From a virus, in IMG/VR virus record IMGVR_UViG_3300037010_001286, positions 18,149 to 82,148 of that record: a DNA stretch of 64,000 bases. The stretch is one strand, 5' to 3'. Within the stretch, counting starts at the first letter, position 1; each line of letters opens with the position of its first letter. Positions 57,560-64,000 of the stretch are shown here, piece after piece. Made by a program: the position numbers and the translations under genes. The notes under the pieces are model-generated. The model ran no database searches and was not told the DNA's origin. It saw nothing but the letters and a program-made list of their open reading frames with translations.

Positions 57560-58508
57560 AGAAATAAAGTCTAGAAATCTTACTTATATAAGTAGGGTAG
57601 CTATAAAAGAAAATATTTATGGTGATAATATAGCAGAAGTAATACACTTTGACTTTGGTCGTGCTAATTTATCTGATGATTCTAGAATAGAGGCAGTTAC
57701 TTTAATTGCTGCTACTTGTTATGCTAATCCAAATGCTATTGGTCGTTCCTCTTTGTTTGATAGACTTGAACAAGAGTCCTTAGGTCTCCCTTCTAGCTCT
57801 TTTGAGTTTATCCCAGTATTATTGGATAAAGAACGTGTATCAACTCTTCTTAATTTATTCGATAAATTACCAAAATCTCGAGTAGCTATACCAAATGTTA
57901 TAGCTTTTGGTGAAATGTTAGAAGATAAGGTGTTAATTACAAATTATAGAGCCTTATTTTTTGATTACCAACTACTTATTGAGTGTGGTGTTGAATGTGA
58001 GGATATTACTAAGTGGTATAATACAGAGGAAGAGTGTAAAATACTCTCTGATAAGTTTAAAGTATTTTTATCTCATATCGATACTAATACACGTACCCAG
58101 TATATAAGACACCGTAGAGCGGCTTGGCAAGAGCTTAGTAGACGTTATGTGTCTAATAAAAAAGCAGAAATTAAATATTATATTTCTAACACAATGCAAG
58201 ATGTATATAGTAAATTTGATAAAGAAGGAGAGGATAGTTATGTACATCTAGATATTACTACTACGTTACTTGTTGATTTGTGTACTAATCATTATAATAC
58301 AGCTATTGCTAAGGGTATAGCACCACAAGATGCACGTAGAATCTTACCACAAGCTATGTATACCTTAGTGTGGTCAGGATTCCTTCCAAGTTCCTTGGAA
58401 AACTTTTTTAAACTACGAGATGACTCCCACGCACAATGGGAAATTAGACAATTAGCTATTGCTAAGAAAGAGCTTATTAATTATAAGGAGGATAAACATG
58501 AATTTTAA
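57546..58508 (+). CDS. thyX: Flavin-dependent thymidylate synthase
   Basis: RHRRAAWQELSRRY, ARRILP, LRDDSHAQWEIR. Confidence 0.9.
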   Translation: MTYLEEIKSRNLTYISRVAIKENIYGDNIAEVIHFDFGRANLSDDSRIEAVTLIAATCYANPNAIGRSSLFDRLEQESLGLPSSSFEFIPVLLDKERVSTLLNLFDKLPKSRVAIPNVIAFGEMLEDKVLITNYRALFFDYQLLIECGVECEDITKWYNTEEECKILSDKFKVFLSHIDTNTRTQYIRHRRAAWQELSRRYVSNKKAEIKYYISNTMQDVYSKFDKEGEDSYVHLDITTTLLVDLCTNHYNTAIAKGIAPQDARRILPQAMYTLVWSGFLPSSLENFFKLRDDSHAQWEIRQLAIAKKELINYKEDKHEF

Positions 58509-58779
58509 CCCAACTGCTGGATATGTATTAGTAGGTTTCCCAAAAGAGGAACCAAAAAATCCTAATGCTATTATTTTAAATATTGATGGAGGTAAAAAAG
58601 AACTACCATCACATGGTACTGTATTAAAGTTAGCTTCAGAAGATACACAAACAGGGTATACTGTTGGAGATAGAGTTTACTTTAATAAGTATGCAGGCAT
58701 TGATTTGGTTTTAGACGATGTTAAATATAGTGTGCTAAAGCACGAGGATATTTTTGGTTATGAAACAAGCGAGATTTAA
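58498..58779 (+). CDS. groES: Co-chaperonin GroES
   Basis: VGDRVYFNKYAG...LKHEDIFG. Confidence 0.88.
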   Translation: MNFNPTAGYVLVGFPKEEPKNPNAIILNIDGGKKELPSHGTVLKLASEDTQTGYTVGDRVYFNKYAGIDLVLDDVKYSVLKHEDIFGYETSEI

Positions 58780-59170
58780 CGAAGCCCATATGAGGGCTGC
58801 AATGGTATATGGAGAACTTTCTTATTGTAAGAGACGACAAGTTGGGGCTTTGCTAGTAAGCCCTGATAATAGACCTTTATTATCCGGATATAATGGTACG
58901 TCTCCAGGTCGTAATAACTGCTGTGAGGGTGAAGATGGTACTACACTATCTAATGTTCACCACGCTGAGGCTAATTTAATTTGTAATGCTGCAAAAAATG
59001 GTATAGCAACGAAAGGTTGTACTATGTTTATTACAACAAGTCCTTGTATTTCTTGTGCAAAGCTGATAGAAGCAGCAGGAATTACTGAAGTTTACTTTAA
59101 AGACTTGTATAAAGATTTAGCTGGGGTTGATTATTTAAAGGAAGCAGGTATTTCTATAAGCCAACTTTAA
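58760..59170 (+). CDS. dCMP deaminase
   Basis: GYNG, HAEAN, SPCISC. Confidence 0.93.
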   Translation: MKQARFNEAHMRAAMVYGELSYCKRRQVGALLVSPDNRPLLSGYNGTSPGRNNCCEGEDGTTLSNVHHAEANLICNAAKNGIATKGCTMFITTSPCISCAKLIEAAGITEVYFKDLYKDLAGVDYLKEAGISISQL

Positions 59171-59213
59171 CTTTTGTTGAGATATTCTTTTATATCTCAA
59201 CTTAGGAATACAT

Positions 59214-60506
59214 ATGGCATACAAAATATTAACTCTAATAAAAGAAACTAAAGGAACTCTTGCAAAAGAGGAAATTCTTCATAAAGAAAAGGATAATACG
59301 GATTTAAAGGATTTATTATTTCTTACTTTTAACCCCTTTTTAAACTTTGGTATTAAAAATTTAAAGCTAACCAAATCTTCTGCAACAAATCCCAAAGACT
59401 TTCACAAAAAATTTATGGATATTGCAAAATTTCTATCAGAAAACTCAATTAATGCTGAGCATCTAAGAAATACTATAAATTTCCTTGAGCAGTTAGAGAA
59501 AGAAACTCAAGACATATATACTGCTGTAATTACAAAAAGTTTGTCTATCGGATTAGCTGCAAAATCTATAAATAAAATTATCCCTGGTCTAATACCAACA
59601 TTTGAGTGTATGTTAGCAGAACCTACAATGGGCACTTCAGAGTTTCCAGTAATTGTGCAAGAGAAATTAGATGGAGTAAGATGTATTATGGTAAAAAAAG
59701 AAGGTAAAGTAACCTTTTATACTCGTCAAGGTAATACAATTCCCCTATTATTATTATCTAAACGTATTTCAGAACTTCCACATGATAACTTTATACTGGA
59801 TGGGGAGCTTTTACTAAAAGGAACTGATAGAAAAAATACATCAGGTAAGATAAATTCTTTAATGAAGAGTGGTTATAATAAAGAAATTGATGAGTTAGTA
59901 GAATATTACATATTTGATTTTATGTCTCTTGAGGAGTGGGAGTCAAAATCGTCGCGGTTTACTAATTTTAATAGAACTGGAGAAGTATTGGGATTAGTAA
60001 ACATACTAGGAGAGCCTTTCTTCATTCCAAAACAGACAATTGCTTATGCTGAAGAGGATATTCATAGATTTTATAAAGAGATTAGGGCTAATTTAGGAGA
60101 GGGAGTTATCATTAAAACAGATACTCCTTATGAGTGGAAGAGAAGTAAGAGCTGGACAAAGATGAAAGCTATTTGTATGACAACTCTACAGATTATTGAT
60201 TTTGTAGAAGGTAAGGGTAAACACGCAGGAAAGGTAGGAGCAATTACTTGTAAATCAGCAGACGGACTGGTTACAGTAAATGTTAATCCGAAAACTGATG
60301 AAATACGTCAATATATTACTGAAAATCAGAAAAAATTACGATATTCGCTAATAGAAGTTCTATTTAATGAGTTAATTAGTGATAAATCGGGTGGTTATAG
60401 TCTATTCCTACCAAGAATGGCTGATAATTGGCAAAGATTTGATAAAACTCATCCTGATACCCTTGAAGATATTAAAAAAGAGGTGTTATCTACTGTAAAT
60501 CAATAA
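59214..60506 (+). CDS. ATP-dependent DNA ligase
   Basis: EKLDGVR, LDGEL, YIFD, EGVIIK, KMK, LFLPR...RFDK. Confidence 0.95.
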   Translation: MAYKILTLIKETKGTLAKEEILHKEKDNTDLKDLLFLTFNPFLNFGIKNLKLTKSSATNPKDFHKKFMDIAKFLSENSINAEHLRNTINFLEQLEKETQDIYTAVITKSLSIGLAAKSINKIIPGLIPTFECMLAEPTMGTSEFPVIVQEKLDGVRCIMVKKEGKVTFYTRQGNTIPLLLLSKRISELPHDNFILDGELLLKGTDRKNTSGKINSLMKSGYNKEIDELVEYYIFDFMSLEEWESKSSRFTNFNRTGEVLGLVNILGEPFFIPKQTIAYAEEDIHRFYKEIRANLGEGVIIKTDTPYEWKRSKSWTKMKAICMTTLQIIDFVEGKGKHAGKVGAITCKSADGLVTVNVNPKTDEIRQYITENQKKLRYSLIEVLFNELISDKSGGYSLFLPRMADNWQRFDKTHPDTLEDIKKEVLSTVNQ

Positions 60507-60780
60507 AATATGCCAAAATATACTGTTTTAGTGTATTTTTGCCTAAAATAATCAAAAAATCAATAAAAATTGCTTATTTTAATGGTTTTTTGCTAAAAAT
60601 TATATAAAATAGTTGATTTTTATCAATAAATAGGCTAATTTTTGATAAATTTGTGATAAAATCATCACAAAATACACTTAATTATACACTAAAAAGATAG
60701 TATATACTATTATTTTAATATATAATTAAGATTATATGAACTATAATATGTAGTTATTTTACTAAATAAAAAGGAAATTT

Positions 60781-61404
60781 ATGAGTCAAAATGTTAATAT
60801 CATAGCAGTGCCTATTGTAACAATTAAAGAGGAGTTATTAGGTACTACTGCAACTCCTGTAAATTCTGTTGAAGAGATTTCTAAGTTTCTTGAAGATGCT
60901 GAGTTCGCATTACGAAGTAATCTAGAAAAAGACTTTGCTTGGAAGCAAGTAATCCCTTATGTAGTAGTACGAGATATTGAGACTGGTGATGTATTAACTT
61001 ATACTCGTTCTACTAATGGTGGGGAAGATAGATTGCATAATAAAAAATCAGTTGGTATTGGTGGTCATATTGATGAAACTGAAGATACACAAGAGTTATC
61101 TAATTATGACTTACTTGTTAGTAGTATGGTTCGAGAGGTTAGAGAGGAGTTAGGACTAAACACTACTCCTGATAATTTTAAGCTACTAGGTATTATTAAT
61201 GATGATACTGATGAAGTAGGGCAGGTTCATATTGGTATTGTTTATGAGCTTATAATTGGTGCACGTAAGTATAATCTTAATAGTGGAGAGCAGGATATTC
61301 TTATTGAGCGTAGTTGGGAAAGTATTGAATCATTAAAAGCTATTGATAACTTAGAGGCTTGGTCTATTCTAGCCCTAGATTTAGTAACTAATAGTGTGTC
61401 TTAG
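60781..61404 (+). CDS. Nudix hydrolase (COG4112-like)
   Basis: KQVIPY, GEDRLH, GIGGHI, REVREELG, VHIG. Confidence 0.88.
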   Translation: MSQNVNIIAVPIVTIKEELLGTTATPVNSVEEISKFLEDAEFALRSNLEKDFAWKQVIPYVVVRDIETGDVLTYTRSTNGGEDRLHNKKSVGIGGHIDETEDTQELSNYDLLVSSMVREVREELGLNTTPDNFKLLGIINDDTDEVGQVHIGIVYELIIGARKYNLNSGEQDILIERSWESIESLKAIDNLEAWSILALDLVTNSVS

Positions 61405-61422
61405 AGTTAAAAATAAAATCTA

Positions 61423-61662
61423 ATGAAAAATGATAAGAAATCTTATCCAAAATTGGTTATGACCTCAAAGTTATCTTGTGATGTTTTTATAGATACAGTA
61501 AGGTGTGCTACTATTACTGTTAATGAAGATGGATTACATCCTCAACTTGATATAACATTTGTAGGTAGTTTCAATGACTTTGAGCTTCTACGTTTTATGA
61601 TTGAAGAAGCTTATTCAGAACTTTATAAATCAGCTACCAATAAGCTTGATTTAGATTATTAA
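61423..61662 (+). CDS. Hypothetical protein
   Basis: ORF in the operon direction. Confidence 0.5.
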   Translation: MKNDKKSYPKLVMTSKLSCDVFIDTVRCATITVNEDGLHPQLDITFVGSFNDFELLRFMIEEAYSELYKSATNKLDLDY

Positions 61663-61747
61663 TAATACTTTTAATAATACTGTGATAGCAGTATTTATAT
61701 CTAAAATGAAGTGTTTTTAGTATAAAAAACTAAGATCGCAATATTTT

Positions 61748-61755
61748 ACGATAAT
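61748..61755 (+). promoter_or_regulatory. Putative late promoter -10 (ACGATAAT)
   Basis: Same motif as before the structural genes, here preceding a non-coding structured region. Confidence 0.55.
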
Positions 61756-62241
61756 TGGTACAGTCCATGTGGGACTGCAGACCAAACATGAATTTACCTT
61801 TAAGAGCTTATCTGAAGGTATTTTCCTGGTAGGTGCTTTCTTGTATGAATATCTTATTCAGCCTCTGAAGTCGTTTAAGGGGTTGATAGGGTATTTATTC
61901 GACAGTTTAGAAACGAACTATAGTTATGTATCTGAGCCTTTTAAGGCTGTGTAGGGTACCATGAAGATAACTAGCTGATTACGATAAGCTTATCTTCCTA
62001 AGACTTATCGAAGCACAAATATTTACCTGAAATCTTGGCATAAAGAATTTGGAAGTATAGTTTAGTAACAAATGGAGCTACTATAAATCACAAGCTCAAT
62101 TCCATCAAAGTACCTATTAATCATGTTACCCCTGAGTATTTGGGTATAACATGAAATCTTTGATGGCTATAAAGAAACTTACTAAGTAGTGTAAAACAGT
62201 GATTCCGACTTTATGGGTCATTCTATTATGGGGCAGTACCA
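61756..62241 (+). ncRNA. Large structured non-coding RNA of unknown class (~490 nt)
   Basis: About 10 stems with G-U pairs on the + strand, complementary ends, candidate long-range pseudoknots, no credible ORF. Confidence 0.7.
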
Positions 62242-62323
62242 TAAGTTTCTACCATCTTTCCTAATCCTTCAGCAAACTCTTATATTTTTTCTTATATACT
62301 TTCCTAAATACAAAGGAGAGTCT

Positions 62324-62701
62324 ATGGCACATAATAAAGATCTAGCGGATAAACAACGTGTTTCAAAGTTAGACAGAGAAATTATTGATAAACTTCATAT
62401 CCTACGTGAGCTTATTGAGGCTAATACAAAGCATCTTATGAGTCTTATGAAGAATAATGTCTCTACAATGGAGAAATTATCTACAGAAGAGTTTACCAAA
62501 ACAATTCAAACAAATTATAAAGTTTGGATTGAGAATGAAAAGCTACTTCAAAAACTTTGGAAATTTAGTGGTGATGAGGGGTATATCCGAACCTGGTATT
62601 TTCCAGCTTGTTCTTGTCCTAAAATGGACAATGATGATGCTTGGCCGCATGGCCCTTATATTAAAAGTAAATCTTGTATAATTCACGGTTGGGAGGAATA
62701 A
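62324..62701 (+). CDS. Phage protein with CxC...CxxH motif
   Basis: ATG after AAGGAG; LQKLWKF...CSCPKMDN...CIIHG. Confidence 0.75.
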   Translation: MAHNKDLADKQRVSKLDREIIDKLHILRELIEANTKHLMSLMKNNVSTMEKLSTEEFTKTIQTNYKVWIENEKLLQKLWKFSGDEGYIRTWYFPACSCPKMDNDDAWPHGPYIKSKSCIIHGWEE

Positions 62702-62704
62702 TAA

Positions 62705-62860
62705 ATGGATATGGAACATATGTTTCTTGTTGGATTAGCAGTTGCCTTAGGAGTATTGGTTGCTCCTTATGTTTTTAGCCTACTTCTTATTGTATTTTTA
62801 AGTATATTCGTTGTTGTAGCTACGGCTATAGCTGCAGTAGTAAAGTTTGTATCAAAATGA
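62705..62860 (+). CDS. Small membrane protein (51 aa, not in ORF track)
   Basis: GGAGG RBS; highly hydrophobic. Confidence 0.65.
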   Translation: MDMEHMFLVGLAVALGVLVAPYVFSLLLIVFLSIFVVVATAIAAVVKFVSK

Positions 62861-63078
62861 GAACATATACCTTTGGTAGAGCTTTCTACTTAATGAAGTA
62901 TGGCGGTAAGATTTGTAAGTCAACTCGTACATCTTATAGAATCATTAATGATACCATTTGGGAATTTAATGATTCTTTAAATTCTTGGGTAATATGTCTA
63001 CATATTTACTCTGATGAGGTTATGGGTAGCTGGGAGGAGGTTCATCAATGTCCAAAAATTCCTGCGAAACATTCTTGA
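62857..63078 (+). CDS. Hypothetical protein
   Basis: ATGA overlap; TFGRAFYLMKYGGK...WEEV pattern. Confidence 0.65.
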   Translation: MRTYTFGRAFYLMKYGGKICKSTRTSYRIINDTIWEFNDSLNSWVICLHIYSDEVMGSWEEVHQCPKIPAKHS

Positions 63079-63212
63079 TAGAGCTATTAGTAGTTCTACT
63101 TATTTTTGTTTGTACTTTGCTGATGCCTCAAACACTACCTGTATTACTTATAGAGTTGATAAGTTTAGTTGGACTAATTCTTATGCTTGTAGGTTGTACA
63201 TTTAGAGATTAG
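63048..63212 (+). CDS. Small membrane protein (54 aa, not in ORF track)
   Basis: GGAGGAGG RBS; two hydrophobic segments. Confidence 0.5.
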   Translation: MSKNSCETFLIELLVVLLIFVCTLLMPQTLPVLLIELISLVGLILMLVGCTFRD

Positions 63213-63310
63213 CTTTTACAGATATAGAAATTATGTGGTGAAGATATAGCTGCTGTTATCTTCAAAACTACTAGTAAAGCAGTATTATTAATTCAAATAA
63301 TGGAGAACAT

Positions 63311-63463
63311 ATGAGAGCAATAACTGGATTTATTCTATTGGTATCTTGGGTAGCAGGATTTGTAATTGCAAAAGGTTTTTGGAGTACAGTATTTTGTATA
63401 ATCCCTTTGTGGTCTTGGTACTTAGTTGTAGAGAAACTTCTAATATCCTTCAAGTTAATTTGA
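63311..63463 (+). CDS. Small membrane protein (50 aa, not in ORF track)
   Basis: GGAG RBS; WVAGFVIAKGFWSTVFCIIPLWSWYLVVEK. Confidence 0.7.
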   Translation: MRAITGFILLVSWVAGFVIAKGFWSTVFCIIPLWSWYLVVEKLLISFKLI

Positions 63464-63483
63464 GGCTTAGGTCAGATACCCTT

Positions 63484-63507
63484 TCACTCCCTTAATGTCG
63501 GGAGTGA
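63484..63507 (+). terminator. Hairpin at the end of the rightward operon
   Basis: tcactccc-N8-gggagtga followed by a T-run. Confidence 0.55.
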
Positions 63508-63873
63508 CCCTATAATTATTTTTTTTTTATTAAAGTTCCTTTTTAGATTGCTATAATACATTTTTAGATTATGATAGTACCCTCCAATAACCTCCGAGTT
63601 CCTTTTATGTCGGGAGTGTAACTTTCAAAAATTTCGTAATTTCCACCCTGCGACTCCAACGACCTTAAACGAAACTTAAACCCCCCTTTAAACCCCCTTA
63701 AAAAGCCCCCTAAAAGTAACACACGATAACAGCCTCTAACATATCTCCCCGTGTGTGTGTAGGATAGTAACACGAGATTAACTTTATATTCATTTTAGAT
63801 TACATTTAAGGTTCTTTTAAGTAACTGTGTAGTATTTATTAATTCCTTATAAGGTGCGCGTATGTATCCCGTG

Positions 63874-64000
63874 ATAACTTTTTATCCTTGACACGTTTAC
63901 CTTGTTTCACTATACTGTCATTCAGTTAAGCGGAGGGAGTGAAAAGTTATATCATATAACTTTTTATCCTTGACACGTTTACCTTGTTTCACTATACTGT
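63874..64000 (+). repeat. Tandem 45-bp repeat (82-bp period), each copy a TTGACA-17-TATACT promoter
   Basis: Identical copies at 63874-63918 and 63956-64000; the second is cut by the window edge. Confidence 0.9.

Noticed and set aside
61769-61954. 61-aa ORF and the 5' extension of ORF 62213
   Set aside because: No RBS; they overlap the structured RNA; a better start is ATG 62324 after AAGGAG.
61756-62241. Assignment of the large RNA as tmRNA, RNase P or group I intron
   Set aside because: It lacks the tRNA-like T-arm, the GAGGAAAGUCC core and canonical GACUA/UAGUC P7, and it does not interrupt a gene. Only loose resemblances are present.
1-64000. tRNA genes, integrase, introns/inteins, alternative genetic code
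   Set aside because: None recognised by eye. ORFs are intact under the standard code and end in all three stop codons. tRNAscan was not run.

Overview
A 64 kb AT-rich segment of a lytic, T5-like siphovirus genome. The host is probably a member of Campylobacterota, inferred from the AAGGA ribosome-binding sites, an SSB-type acidic tail (IDIDEDDIQF), an FxGC lipobox and a FliA-like sigma factor. Layout: (1) 1-8958 (+) replication genes (SF2 helicase, ClpP-like protease, family A DNA polymerase, DnaB helicase, primase). (2) 9010-16500 (-) sigma factor, SbcCD, acyl carrier protein, SSB-like protein, dNMP kinase and flap endonuclease. (3) 16854-18457 (+) plasmid-type replicase and RuvC. (4) 18648-49416 (-) the whole virion and lysis module. 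(5) 49658-63463 (+) terminase, RNR, HNH, ThyX, GroES, dCMP deaminase, ATP-dependent ligase, Nudix and small membrane ORFs. (6) a probable terminal or pre-early region with tandem sigma70 promoters. Most notable observations: a 68-bp direct repeat bracketing the ~33 kb Rep+RuvC+virion module; a pseudoknot-like leader upstream of rep; a ~490-nt highly structured intergenic RNA; two apparently catalytically dead DNA-ligase paralogs, one overlapping the sigma gene and ending in a clamp-binding-like motif; an ACGAT(A/T)AT late-promoter motif fitting the phage FliA-like sigma; and an acyl carrier protein coupled to SbcCD. All protein calls come from motif recognition by eye, not from database searches.
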